NCBI GenBank assembly: GCA_001179505.1
Contig: CDMY01000840.1
Coordinates: 186,001-250,000, forward strand
From: Vitrella brassicaformis CCMP3155
Lineage: Eukaryota; Protista; Chromerida
Reading direction: 5' to 3'
Length of the DNA: 64,000 nt
Below the pieces are notes generated by a model, which worked only from the letters and a program-made list of their open reading frames with translations, was not told the origin of the DNA and ran no database searches. This document shows positions 49,687 to 63,048 of this stretch, piece by piece (within the stretch, counting starts at the first letter, position 1; each line of letters starts with the position of its first letter). Both the position numbers and the translations under genes were made by a program.

Positions 49687-49907
49687 GGTCGTTTCGGCCC
49701 GCCTCGCCTTATTTGCCGACGCGAATACATACTTGCCAACGCTGACCTGCCATCGGCAACGGCCGAATATCCAGATCACACACGGCTCCCCTTGTGCGCC
49801 CCTGCGGCTCGCAAAATTTGGTGACTTTCGATGACTTTTGATGATGACGGCGTCGTTCCCGGGCTATACTGCCCCTCCTCGTCCATTTGGTGACATTTCT
49901 TCCCATC

Positions 49908-52613
49908 ATGCAGCCACAAACGTCGCCGCGTGTGTACGAGTGCAGCCAGCCCACTCAGGTACGCCTGTGTGCGCGCAGCGACGACATGGTGTGTGTTGTC
50001 TGTGGTTTGTTGTGGTCAGCAATACGAGATCCCAGATGTGCCCGAGGAGGAGCCGCCTGCAAATCCTATGCTCTCCGCCCACGATGTGGTGGCGAAACTG
50101 GTACGCACAGATCAGACAGATCATACTTATCAAACGCCCACCCAGACTGGTCCTTCTGCTGTGTGGTGTCAGGAGAAGCTTGACCTCAACGATAGCTACG
50201 GCGCGTACGAGTGGCGTTCGAGCGTGCTTCACGAGGACCAGTCCGACGAGGCGGCCATCGCCATCGGACGGGCGGCGCAGTGCGACCTCCGCATCAGCGA
50301 CAACCGCGTGTCGGGTACGCCAATAGGGGAGAGCAGTCACTGCTTGCACAACCGCAGTAGTGGATGGATGGATGTGTGTGTGTGTGGTTTGGTTTGGTTT
50401 GGTTTGGTTGGTGCCAGGTTGCCATGTGAGGATTCGGTGGAATAGGGGCCTGCGGCAGTTCCACATATGCGACTCCTCGTCCAACGGCACATGTGTGTGA
50501 CGTGATGCGAGGAGGACTCTGCACCTGCACCCCACTCCCCTCACTCCACTCTGTATACTGACTGATTGGTCGGTCAGGGGTGGACAATGGTCGGCAGTGT
50601 GAGTCTGGCGAGAGGTTTGTGAGGCTCCCGAAGGGCCAGTGGATGCCGCTCAAACACAACCAGTGCATCAGCCTCGTGGTAGGTGCTGGCTTGCCATGCC
50701 GTCAATACACACATCCGTATGTTGTGGCGTGGTGTGATTTGGTGTGATTTGGTGTGGTGTCTGTGCAGGTGCCCTTCCCTGAGTACGACCGGGGCGTCTG
50801 GGATGCCGGTACACACACACACAGACACGCACACACGCGCATTCACTTACGCGAAGCCTCTGTGGTGGATGGATGGGTGCATTGGTGCTCGTGTGATGTG
50901 GTGCTGTGGTGGCTGGTGTAGAGTGCAAGATTCTGGAGGCAAAGAAGAAGGAGGACAAGAGCATCAACAGGCGCGCCACTCCCTGTAAGCTCACCGGCCA
51001 GACAGACACACAGGCAGGCAGGCAGTCAGGCAGACAGGCAGCCGCGTATGTATGTGTGTGTGTGTGTGTGTGCCAATGTATACCACCCCATCAGTCATCG
51101 GCGCGTGGCAGTTTGTGCTCAAGGAGCAGTTGCAGGCCTACAGCTCCGCCATGGGGGTAACTCACTCACCGAGGCCACGCCACACACCCACACCCACACC
51201 CACACCCACAGCCCAGTGTGTCTATGCGCGGTGCGGATACACTCAGGACAAGATCAATGACAAGTACGACAAGAAGTGTCCCATCGGCAGCGGCAACTTC
51301 TCGCAGGTCTACCTCGCATTCAGAAAGAAAGATGGACTCAAGTACGCCCGCCACCTCTCACCTAACACACCCACACCGCACCCCCACACACACAGACACC
51401 CACCCATGGTCTACCCGCCGCTTGTCTTGTGTGCAGGGTTGCCATCAAGGCCATCGACACGAAGCGCTTCGAAAAGTTCAGAGCCAAGAAGAAATCCAAC
51501 CTCGACATAGAATCGGAAGTGCTGGTAAGGCAGGCCCGGCCCACAAACGTACACTTCCTCACACCACACGGCTCCCTCCATCCACCACCCATTGAATGTC
51601 TAATGCATCCATCAGACGCTGTCGAGTCTGAAGCACGAGAACATTCTCAAGTTCATCGAGTGTGTGCGCGAGGAGGACATTATCTACCTCGTCACGGAAA
51701 TGTGCGTGCACACACGCATGCAGCCAGACAGGCAGACAGCCAGCGCACATACGTGACGCCTTGGTCTCGTGTGTCGTTTTGCTTTTGTGCTTGGCAGTCT
51801 TGACGGCGGCGACTTGTTGGAGTATTGCCTAGCCCATGAGCGTGTCGAGGTAAGAGACAGACAGGGAGGGAGGGAGGGAGGGAGGGAAGGAGGGAAAGGC
51901 GAGCGGCCGGCCAATCAACCACGCCTCTCTCTCGCTGTGTGTGTGTGTGTGTGTGTGTGTGCAGGAGGAGCTGGCCAAGTTGTGGTTCAAAGGCATCGCA
52001 GAGGGGGTCAAGTACCTCCACACCAAGGGCATCGTCCACAGAGACCTCAAGGTCACCTCACCTCACCCACAGCACAGCACCGCACAGGACAGCAAGGACC
52101 ACAGGACAGCAAGGACCGCTCTCTCTTCAATCTGGCTGTCGTATGCATGTGTGTGTGTGTCAGCCCGAGAACATTTTGTTGACGGACAAGACCATCTTTG
52201 GCGTTCCCAAGATTGCCGACTTCGGCCTGGCCACGTAAGCAACCCACGCCACCGAACCTAACCCAGAGGCGCACTGCACAGGAGGGGTGTGTGGTGTGTG
52301 TGTGCGTGCGGGTCAGGGTGAGGCAAGCCGAGTCGTCCTTGAAGACCCTCTGCGGCACGCCGCACTACTATGGTACGTGTGTGGGGTGTGTGGGGGGTGT
52401 GGGGTGTGTGCGTATGTGTAGGTTTGTGTGTGTCACCTCCTGTCTGTCTGATGCGATGCGACGCAGCCCCTGAGCTGATTGACACGCAGAAGAAGAGGGT
52501 GGACGGCTACGGTCCTGAGGTGGACATTTGGTCGCTGGGGTGCATCCTCTACATCATGTATGTGTGTCAGCACCGTCACTAGCACACACAGAGAGAGAGC
52601 CAGCTGTATCCCC

Positions 52614-52648
<35 letters not shown>

Positions 52649-53335
52649 TGTGTGTGCCAGGTTGTCGGGCAATCCTCCTTTTGAGGACGATGGCCTCTAC
52701 TGGCAGATCCAGAATGCCATATACACCGTCGACGGTGGTGTATGGGATCACATCTCAGAAGAAGGTCCGTTCGGGGTTTTGTTTTGTGGGTGGTGGGTGG
52801 CTGGGGAGAGGGCGACACTCACACACTGTGGGCCTCTGTCTGTCTGTGTGCAGGCAAGGACCTGGTGACCAAGATGATGTGCGTCGACCCCAAGCAGCGC
52901 ATCACCATCGACGCCATCCTCTCGCACCCCTGGGTCCTCTCAGCCACCGACGCCATGAACCACCTCCTCAACCTGCGCCCACCACACACACACCCCTCCT
53001 ACACCCGCCCCAACGACTATGACCCCTTCCCCTCCCCCCGACCACCACAGCTTCAGCCCCCCGCCAAGCGTCCCGCCCCCGCACCACCAAACAATGACAT
53101 GCCGCCCCCTCCAGTGCCCTTCGCACTACGAGCAGCGGCAGCAGCAGATGGCGGCCGGACCGACAACACGGAGCGGGACGTGTCGACGGCCGAGTCGTCG
53201 GGCAATGCCGGCAGGGCCAAGCGCCGCAAACAGGGGGAGAGTGAGGGCGCGTCATCGGCGGCGGCTGCCGCTGCTGCTGCTGCTGGGGGTGGTGGTGGTG
53301 GTGGGGAGGGAGAGGGGCCAAACGAGAAGGCGTGA
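49908..53335 (+). CDS. CHEK2: Chk2/Cds1/Rad53-like FHA-domain Ser/Thr kinase
   Basis: N-terminal SQ/TQ sites (SQPTQ, TPTQ), FHA domain (IGRAAQCD..ISDNRVSGCH, DSSSNGT), kinase IGSGNFSQV, VAIK, HRDLKPEN, KIADFG, TLCGTPHYYAPE, DIWSLG, LSGNPPF, DPKQRITI..HPW. Confidence 0.88.
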
Positions 53336-54219
53336 AGAGGGCTCTGTGTGTGGAGTGGGTGACGAGACAAGGCGCCGGTGGGTGTATGTATGGTTCATGG
53401 GAGAGTTTTGTATGTCTGCCTGTCTGCCTGCCTGCCTGCCTGCCTGGATCGATGCATTTGTGAGTGGTGTGACTGCCGCGAGTGAGTGCCCTTTTTTTAT
53501 ATGCATACGCGTATCGATCTGCCATATCAGACAGACTGAGGGAGGAGGCAATGCTGTCGGGTTTTTCACACATCAGTATGGAGGGGAGGAGAGCCTCTGT
53601 GTGTATGGGATGGGAGGGAGGGATGGGTGTGTGTGCTGTTTATAGCGAGAGAGGGAGGGGATAGCGCTCTGGCCTGTGAGAGGGCCGTGGACACACAAAC
53701 AGACGGACAGACTTGAGACGAACGCATCAGTCCTGAGCACCATCCAATTGCACACGTGGCCTTATGGTCTGGTCAAAACGTTCTCGAAGGACGGCCCGTT
53801 ATTCGGCAGTGTCGCAGCAGTCGCATACACCATGACTCATGTAGCGAGGGAATCACATACACACAGGCAGCGTCCTCACCGACGACTCGACACAAGCCCG
53901 CACACACGCACTGAGGCCAAACCGTCGGCAGGCAGACTGGACAACGATACAGACCGTTTCCGATAGTCACCCCACAACCAAACACGTACGTACTCTGCAC
54001 AACCAAGGGTTGGACGCACACACATCGAACAAGTGTCACGCACGCCGGCCCCCACGACCGTCGTCAGCAGCACACTCGCACACACACGACGCAGCGAGGC
54101 AGAGAGGCAGGCAGAGAGAAAGAAACATTCGATAGAAATATGCCCCTCACCCCCCCGAACCCCCTCCCGGCCCCTCATTCCCACATTCCCACTCAGGTGC
54201 GTTTGTTGTACTGTCTGTC

Positions 54220-55983
54220 TTATCCCTTGCGGCGGCGGCGGTCCCTCATGAGGTCTTTCATTTTTGATCTGATCTGGGTGGCCTGGTTGCGGGCATAGTC
54301 CTGTATGGTCTTGTCCTTCTTGTCTGTGCTGGTGTTGGGGTCCTCCTGCCATTTCTTGCACGCAGCCTCGAGCTCCTGCAGGGCGCGCGGCGCCGCTGGC
54401 TGCACCCAAATCTCGTCGATGATCTCCTGGCCAGACTTCCCCTTCTGCAGGGAGGCAGGCCAGGGAGGAGACACACCAACACCACATCACAGCACATCAC
54501 AGCACATTTGGGTGGATGAGTGCACACGCAGGGCTTACGTTGAATTTGCGTCTGATCTCTTCGCCGGCCTCCTCGTATCTCTCCTCGGCGATGAGCTCCA
54601 TGATAGGCAACATGGCGGCCTGCTCCGATGGCGTCCGCAGTTCCATCCAATCCACCACACGGTCCTGCACGCAGTCACGCACACACGTGAGACGGACCGG
54701 CTGGCTATTCATCTCTCAGCTGTGCGTTACCACTACTGAGGGCCTTGTGCCTGTCCTCTGCAGCGCCATCCTGCTGCGGCGCAGCAGGCGACCCACCATC
54801 AGGCACCTCCACGCTGTCATCCACCTGCAAATGCCAATCTTGTGTGAGCAACTGGTGTGACGAATGCGTCAGCAGGCTGACCATGCTATCCGTGCGTCCG
54901 GCCTCGTGCTCCTCGCCGCCGTCGTCCTCCTCTTCGCCAACACCCAACACCTGCGCCCACACACAGACACACAGGGCGTGTGAGAGTGGCTTGGGAGGGG
55001 CATCCATCTCTCGCTCGCCCACCCCCCCGCCCCCCAACAGACCCACCTCCTTCTCTGCTATGCGGTCCTGCAGGGCCTTCTGCACCGAGGCTGACAACTC
55101 GTGGTTCGACACCTGATGGCATGCATACCATGGATGGATGGACACAGAAGGACACAAACCGACAATGGAGGGCACGGCTCATGTGTGTCTTCATTGACTA
55201 ATGGCCCACTCACCGGGCTGATGTCCTGCGGCTCGATGTCGGCCTGCGCGTAGACGTCACGACGGGACTGATAAAGACGTCAATGATTGATCCATCATCG
55301 CGTGTCTGTGTGCGTCTGTGTATGTATGTGTGCATCTAGTCACTTTTTTGTTGCATTCGGCTTCCTCCTTCTGCTCTATGGCCCGTTTGCTCCCAACACC
55401 ATTGACACCAACACTGCCACCGGCAACACCTGCAACATACTCACACACACAGCCACACACACGCATAGAGAGAGAGATGGGTGGCTGCCGTCCAGGGAGC
55501 ACAGAATATGTACCGTTGAGGGAGAGATGGTGACTTTGGTGTGATGCACCTTGTCCCAGCGGTCGTGGACGGTGGTGAGGTGCCCCTCCATGATGGTGGC
55601 CGTGCGATGCTGGCCGATCTCGCCATACGCCCTCTCCCATCGGTCCTCTTCACTGGGATCGTGCACCAGGAGCTTGTACTCGATCTGGCCGCTATCGGGG
55701 ACCGGCTGGATGGCGATGGGCTCGCTACTCCAAATGGGCACTGTGGCGGCACACGTGGTGAGCGGCAGGGCCTTCGCGGCGTTGAAATCCGGCCCGCCCA
55801 AGTTGTCATAGTTACCGCACACGCGCACCTCCTGCCCCCAGCCGCATATGTCGGTGGGCACCTCGGCGACGAACCGCACAGCTGCGCCGTGCCCACCAAC
55901 AGACTGCAAACAACAAAGGAGAGAAAGAAAGAAGGATGGATGCACCCGTTTCGTCGCGCGAATTCTTGCGGCCTCACCTCCAT
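54220..55983 (-). CDS. CBM20 starch-binding domain protein with a non-catalytic helical C-terminus
   Basis: VRFVAEV..WGQEVRVCGNYDNLG...ALPL....PIWS......IEYKLLV......WE (CBM20 pattern). C-terminus DRVVDWMELR...QEIIDEIW...; no hydrolase motif seen. Confidence 0.7.
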
Positions 55984-57073
55984 CTGCGATGCCCGCCGAC
56001 TACTGCTAATCTGCACTGCAATGCATCACCTCTTTTCTTCTGGAAGGAAAGCTCCAAATCACGGTTTTCCGGTTCCCTAGCCGCGGGCAAATTCGTGACG
56101 AGATTTTCTCGATGGGGGCGACTAACCGCCATCGATGATGGATTCCTTCAGTTTTTCCGCCCTCGCCCCCATTCCCACTACCCCCGCCCACATCTCCTCC
56201 GACTCTTCGTCTTTAGGGCTCGCCCTCGTCTGGCGTGGCTCGCCTCAGCCCCTCCCACGCCTCCCAACTCGACGCGTCGTCCGCCGCTGTTTCTCCCAAC
56301 CCGCCCTCTGTGGGACAACTGGCGTCTGCCTGTCAGCCAACTGTCAGCCGCTGAGCTCACGAGGCTCTTCGTCATTACAAGAATCCTCTATCATGATATG
56401 ACGTCTTGTGTCATTTGTGGCTTGTGTCAGCCGGCGCGATCGATCGAGGCATTCCGTATACGAGTGCATCGTCTCGTGACGCCCATTTGATGGCCCGCCA
56501 CAGCGTGGCGCCGCCCTTGTGCCGTGCGGCTCGTGCGAGAAGAATTTGTGGTCTATCTTGTCAACGCCCGTCTCCTTTCCCGACAGAGTCCTCAATCAGC
56601 CAAGCTGGTAAGAGGGTAAGTGATTTTAATCAGCCGGGCTTCACAGTTCCGTCAGCTGTCAACTTGTGGTGTGATGTGTGTGGGGTGTGTGAGATGGTCC
56701 ATTTGGCTGCCTTTGTTGTGTTTGTGTGTAGATGACATTCCCTTGTATTCTCCTCTGCTGTTTGGTGCGTTCGACTAAAGCACTCAGTACATGATGGCCT
56801 ACCACTTCAGCCACCACACCGCTGGTGAGAAACGATGGCAGTGCAATGCAAACGCCCACGTGTCCTCATGTGCCTCTGCGCAACTCAACAGGGGAGGTGA
56901 CGTCCTCCCTCTCGTGGGTGTCAAGCCGGGTATCGAGAAGGAGGACGAGAGGACGACGAAGAAGTGGCAACAGCCGGGTGAGGCGCTGCAGAGGGCGGCA
57001 CTCTTTTGCTCCCTTGGCCGCGCAAGACAACAGTCAGCACGAATGGCTGCGTCATGTGTAAGCTGATCAGCTT

Positions 57074-59818
57074 TTGCGCGTGTCTCAGGGCTGTATGTGC
57101 AGATCTCCGTCGATCGGCAGGAATCAGCCAGACGAGTCGGCCGATCGCCAGAGGCCGAAGATAGTCGCCACTGTGGGTGTCGTCCACCCCGCTCTGGCAG
57201 GAGGCGGACCTCGTCATGCCCTTAATCCCCTCCACTCGCCCGCCCCAGCACCAGGAGACAGCAGCCGGCTGTTCGTGCCAGTGTCCTACTGGGGGGAAGG
57301 GGAGGATGGCATCTACGCCAGCTCCCTGACCCAGTGGGACCTGGCCCATTGGGAGCGGAAGGGGGCGTGGTGGCTGGTGGCATGGGAGGCGCCAGAGGCC
57401 TCCTGCTGCTGCGTCGAGCTGGGAAGGTCCATGGTGCGGGGGATGCGGAAAGCGAAGGCGTGCGTCGAGGCGGCGGCTGAAGATGTCGGCCGCCGCCTCA
57501 AGTCCCTGCTCCATTGAGGGGCGGTCGGCCGTCTCGGGCGCTGTCAGCTGACGGCGTCTGAGATGGTCGGCTGGCCGCACTTCTTTTTCTTTTTCAACCC
57601 CGCCCCCCCCATCGCCGGCCCCCTTCCTTCCAAGTACCGGCAGCAGAAGTTCCTCCGCACACTCGCACACAAGCAGCAGAAGACTTAGGCGGCGCAGCAG
57701 CAGGCGGCCGCCGCCGCGGCCGAGAGCAAGAAGGACGTGTTTGAGGCGGAGGATGAGGGAGAGGGAGAGGAGATGGCGCTGGCGGCAGCAAGTGTTGGTG
57801 GAAGGGGTGGTCCACCGAGTCACCCCAGTGGTCGAGTACCGAAGCCAACTCTCACAAGAAGGTACGTCAGTCACCTGGACACCCCCACACTCTCGACAAC
57901 ACTTGACATCGCTAAACGTTCCGTCGTCCCCTTCAGAGTTGTCTGAGTGGTTGCCCTCTGTGTCGCCCCTCTCGCCCCGCACACGCGCCACCGTCGGCGA
58001 GAAGGCCGGGGACATCACCGGCCGCATCACCGCCGACCTGCGCGGCCCCAGCAGGAGTGATGAGTGCGGCTTCGTCGTGCTCAAGCAGGCCCTGCAGGCC
58101 TTCAGGCCCATGGAGACGGTCGGCATCGGCCGCACCCTGGACGGCAATCGGATCGAGGTGGCGGGGGTGAGGGTGGGCGCCATGCTCGAGAGACGCACTT
58201 CACGAGCCGTGGAAGGCAATGCAGGAGGCACTCACTCATCGCATAAGGTGGATGGGAGAGAGAGCGAACCCCCACCTCAACCATGACGGTCATCTGTTTG
58301 TTGATGTGGTGCCATCTTGTGTGTCTGCAGCAGCGAGGGCTCTTAAGGAGCCTGTGCCGATGCAGATAGACCAGCGTGGCCCGCAAGTCACCACCCAAGC
58401 CCCGCAGGCGCCGCATAGAGCGGCATAAGGACGACGCCCGCCGCTTGCCAGCTTGATTCCTGGACGACGAAGCAGAGGGCAAAAGTCGCCGGCGATCCTC
58501 TCGACCAAAGCGACCCCGCAAAGGTGTGAAAGCGGTGTCACTGGAGGGAGGTGTATCGATTCGATGGCTGCACCATCTCTGTGTGTGTCTTGGGCTGGGT
58601 ATTGCTGTGTCAGATCCCTCCACGTCACGTGTGATGATAAGGACGCAAAGGAGCAGGAGGGCGAGGGCAGTGGGGGTGAGGGGATGCAATGCAGCTGCGG
58701 TCGCGGGAGGGAGAAGAAGCGGTTAAGTGTGCCGGAGATGCTCCACCAACCAGCTGCCCGCACCAAGTGAGAGGACACACACCGATATCCATACCCATCC
58801 GCGCAGCGCATTCGTCAAGACGTCAGTCAACCTCTCTGCATGTGTGTCACAGGCAAAACAAGAGCCGCCCCTCTCGCAAGCCCGCTCCACCACAGTCCTG
58901 AGCTGCCGTCGGTCGGTCCCCCAACAGATATGTCGCACCCCCGCCGCATACCGGAGGCCAATGCCTATATTCAGCAGCATCTGCATCCCTTCAGCACTGC
59001 TGCCTGACTTCGGCCCCAGCCTCTGCCCTCACGACCAAATAGCGTACCCTGCTAAGCACCAGCAGCAGGCGGCACGGCCACACGCATGGCCGATAGGGCC
59101 CTTCAGGCCACTTAATGGTGGCGATGCGAGTGGGCGGCCGGCACGGCCCAATCCGAAGATGGAGAGGAACGTGTCGCTGTTTGTGGAGGCCCGCAGGCAA
59201 AGCGCCCTCAGCTCCAGCCTCATAGCAATATCAGCACCCCCGGCCGACAGGCCCTTGGCGCTGCCCAAGTCGCCATCAGGTGCGACGGGGTCCGATGGCG
59301 CAGTGCAGCACTCCCGCCGTGCCGTCAGGCTTCCCCCCGCCCTCCACGGTTTGCCTCGATCCACCCCGCTTAACCAGACAGGACATTGCCCAGCGGCAGT
59401 CGCGGCACTGTGCAGCTCAGCAAGGACCTCGAGGACGTGCCCGCCAAGATCCTCTCGCCACAGAATCACGGCGGCGGGTGGGACGAGCTCACGACCATCG
59501 AGGACCCAGCGGCACGTGTGTCGGCGGCGACGTGGTTGGTGTAGCTGTGCGAGATCAGTCGAGTCAACCGGCTGCTGGCCGATCTCGACACATCGGTAGG
59601 ACCTCTACACCCTGCCGTGAGTCATAGCACACACACAGCACAGCACAGCACAGCATAGCAGACATGCATGTCTGCTATGACGGGCTTCTTTTTCTCTGTG
59701 TTTATAATGTCTCCTTCATTTCCGTGCCGGTGTGTGTCTGCAGGTGTCTTTCATCCGTGCCTACATTTTACATCCGGACGACTCTTTTGCTCCCTTCATC
59801 AGTATGGCTGCGTCATGT
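57074..59818 (+). pseudogene. Degenerate multi-exon gene with in-frame stops and a frameshift
   Basis: A coding-biased frame runs through TGA 57515-57517 and TAG 57686-57688, shifts frame near 57790, and a later exon reads through TAG 59542-59544 to a GTGAGT donor. Confidence 0.45.
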
Positions 59819-61394
59819 GTAAGCGCTCACTAACGCGTCGAGTGTGATCACCCGTCAAGTCGACTTACTTTCTGCTTGAGGGCCTGCTTGAGTCAATTGT
59901 CTGCCAGAGAGCCTGTTGGATGACCAGGCAGCCAAGCAGTCAGCGTGGCGGCCTTACTAATGGGAGGACAGCCCCAGCCCAGTCCAGTCCAGCCGGAGGG
60001 AGAGAGGCAGACAGCGCACCGCACCTTCTTCGTCTCTTTCTCGTCACCAGGTCTGCATGTGAGTGAGGCGGTCTGCTTGCCTGCAGGGCCTGCAGGTTAC
60101 CCCCCGTTTTAGGGCAGTCGGTCGGTGTCTGTTGTCCTGATGATGATATCTGGTTGGCAGTTCGTGTGTGTGGAACTGTGCCGGCCGGTCACACATCACA
60201 TCGCTGCTTACATTTTATATCCGTGAGAGTGTTTGGTTCCCTCCCAGTGGCGTGGACTGCCGTGACCGATCGCGACTCAGATGAGATCGCCAGTGAGATC
60301 GACTTTTCCTTTGATGAACGCACACATGCCCACCAGGACGGTCAGGGTTGCGGAGATGACGCCTGCGCTTCCGGTGCTGAAACATCCCAAGTCTGCGGGC
60401 TTAGCCGGAGACGGCCAGCTTCGTTGTAAATGCTGCCACTGCCATCCAACGACAGAACCGCCCAAAGCACACAGACATGCACACAGCGAGTGCGTCCGCC
60501 ACGGCCACGCATAAGTGCATCCAAAACACACAGATACATCCGTGCTCAGTTGCACACACATGACATCCCTGCAGCCATTAACACCCACGCACCCACACAC
60601 TAGGCAACCTAAGGCAAGTACCCACACAGATACAAACGCCTGTTTGCCGAGGAAGGAGCGCTGCCAAGGGGTGATGGTGGGTGAGTAGTGAAGAGAGGCT
60701 CAGTCGTCAATCCACTTAAGCTTGTCCACGTGTGATGGCCGCTGCGGCGGAGTCTATCAAAGTGAACCAGGACAGTCGTCCGTGAAGTCGATGTGCGTGC
60801 GGCGCCACCATGCTGCACTCCGACTGTACCAAAATCAGTCGGCAAGTGCGCTTGCGGCGCACACATCTGCGGTGCGGCAAGGGCAGTGAGGGCTTACGTC
60901 TACCAGCCAGTGTGAATAAATGGCTATACATATGTGTGTGCGGCGCAATTGATGCAACAGACACACCAAATGAATACAGCAAGTAGCTGGCTACAGGTAG
61001 GTGTAGTGGTGTCGGTGCGCCAGTCGGACATGTACACACCGACACGCCACTAGCACTGATCACGCAATAATCATCTGAATCAAGTTACTATGCCATGGGC
61101 AACCCCACGCAGCTTTGCTCATCCCTCGTGTGCCATATCTCATCGATGAGTGCTCTCACCTGAGTGCTCCGCCACGGTGACCGCTCTCGCCGACCTGCAC
61201 ACACACACACACACACACACACGCCGACAGACAGAGAGACAGACTGACAGACTGACAGACACAGACGAACGCAACGAGCTCTACTGCATCAGGAGATGCA
61301 CACATAGCAGCAAGATGATGGATGGATGGATGGGTGCGATCAAGTTCAGCAAATCAGCAGCAGCATGGGGTGGGCTCGTCTTGTGTCCAGCAGG

Positions 61395-62290
61395 GGCACA
61401 AGAGAAACCCCGCGTGCATACACTCGCGGTGCGCAGGGTGGTGCGTGGAGACTGCCTGCCTGGGTGCGATGGCTGCCTGTGCTGTCCGGGAGCTAGTGAG
61501 TACAGCCTTGCACACACACACACATGCACGCATACACGATGGCCATCGAGCGATGCTGCAGCAGGGGGTGAGGGGGGCTTCTCCCTCCTGTGTGTGGCAG
61601 AAGCAGCCAGACGCGGAGGGCATGCGCTGCCGGAGGGGCAAAACACCTGCCTGCCATTCCGCATTGAGCCGGGTTGTCTGTAGAACGAGTATGATGCCTG
61701 CGTGGCTGCCTGCCTGCCTGATAGGGAGTAGTGCTCCTTGCACACACACACACCAGAACACACGAGCAGCCCCTGCACTGCATGAGAAGTCGGGCATGAG
61801 TGCATACAAACACACAGCTAATGGGGTCAGTGATGATATGCTGGTGTCGGCAAAACCCGCAACAGCACCGACGGGATGGACGGCAAAGTGACTGCGGACA
61901 GTGCGGACAGCGCGCTGTCAGCGGCAGCTATGAAAAATGAGGGACCACACAAACACACACACACACACACACATGAGGCGGCCAAGGACACATACAGAGA
62001 GCCAAGTTGTCACGCCAATACTCAAATGGCTGCCGTGCCGCCGACATACTGTACGGTCGGGATGGGAAAAGGAGAGCGATGCCGAGTACGGACGGCTGGT
62101 GTCGGCAAAACCCGCAACAAACAGCACCGATGGACGGCAAAGTGAGCCGGATGCGGAGGAAGTGCACTCCCGTAAGGGCAAAACACCTGCGTGCCAACGC
62201 GCCCGGTGTGTGGAGCGAGTGTGATGCCTGCGTGGTTGCCTGGCTGCCTGCCTGGGAGGTAGTAAGTGATCCTTACACACACACACGCGG
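61395..62290. repeat. Degenerate tandem array of ~200-330-bp exon/intron-like modules
   Basis: GGGCAAAACACCTGC..GCCA and GATGCCTGCGTGG recur at ~61635-61715 and ~62176-62240. GCTGGTGTCGGCAAAACCCGCAACA recurs at 61840 and 62095. Modules are separated by (CA)n tracts. Confidence 0.65.
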
Positions 62291-63048
62291 ACACGCACAT
62301 TGACGTACGTACCATCACGAGACAGTCAGTCAGTGAGTGAGTGGGTGGGATCAGATGACTGTCACTAGTGCATATGCATGGCCGGCATGTAACCAGCCAG
62401 ACAGTCAGTCAGTCAGTCAGTCGTGTCCGTGCCAAGTAAGTAAGTGTATGTGTATGTGTGTGTGTGTCTCTCTGAAGATGAAAGCATCTGGCTGGTCCAA
62501 AGCACACAACAAACAAACGGCTGTTCTCCTCTCTCGGTGGACGGGACGCCTGGCTGAGCAGGTCACGTCAGGTCAGCTCAGGTCAGGTCAGAAAAAGAAA
62601 GACAGACGGGAAAATTGCATGAGAAGTCATTCACAAAGAAGTCGCGCAACCAGAAAGTGCCCAGCAGAAAATGCCAATATGACATGAAAATCATTCACAA
62701 ATCAGTCAGTCACGCAACCAGAAAGTACCCACCAGAAAGTACACACACATCTCACGCACTGCACCCAGCCGCACTCACCCAGGCCCCTGACCGACACCAC
62801 CCTCCACCATCCACCCCTTCACCAACCGACCTCCCGCCCCCGACAAGCACCAACACCACCACCACCACCACCACCAACCGATTGTTTCGGTCAACGAGAG
62901 CACCGCCGACGCACATAAGAAGTAGACAGACGGGGAGTAGACAGCGACACACCACACCCACCCACACGAACGAAAAGGGAGTGTCCGCACCCTACGGAGG
63001 GACGAAAAGAATACCACAAAGGAAAAGGCAACGTGTAGGGCTGCTGAC

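Noticed and set aside
1094-59544. Genome-wide UAG reassignment as an explanation for in-frame TAGs
   Set aside because: About 18 conserved genes splice without any internal TAG, and several appear to end in TAG (e.g. 10123, 29727). A code change would give many more internal stops.
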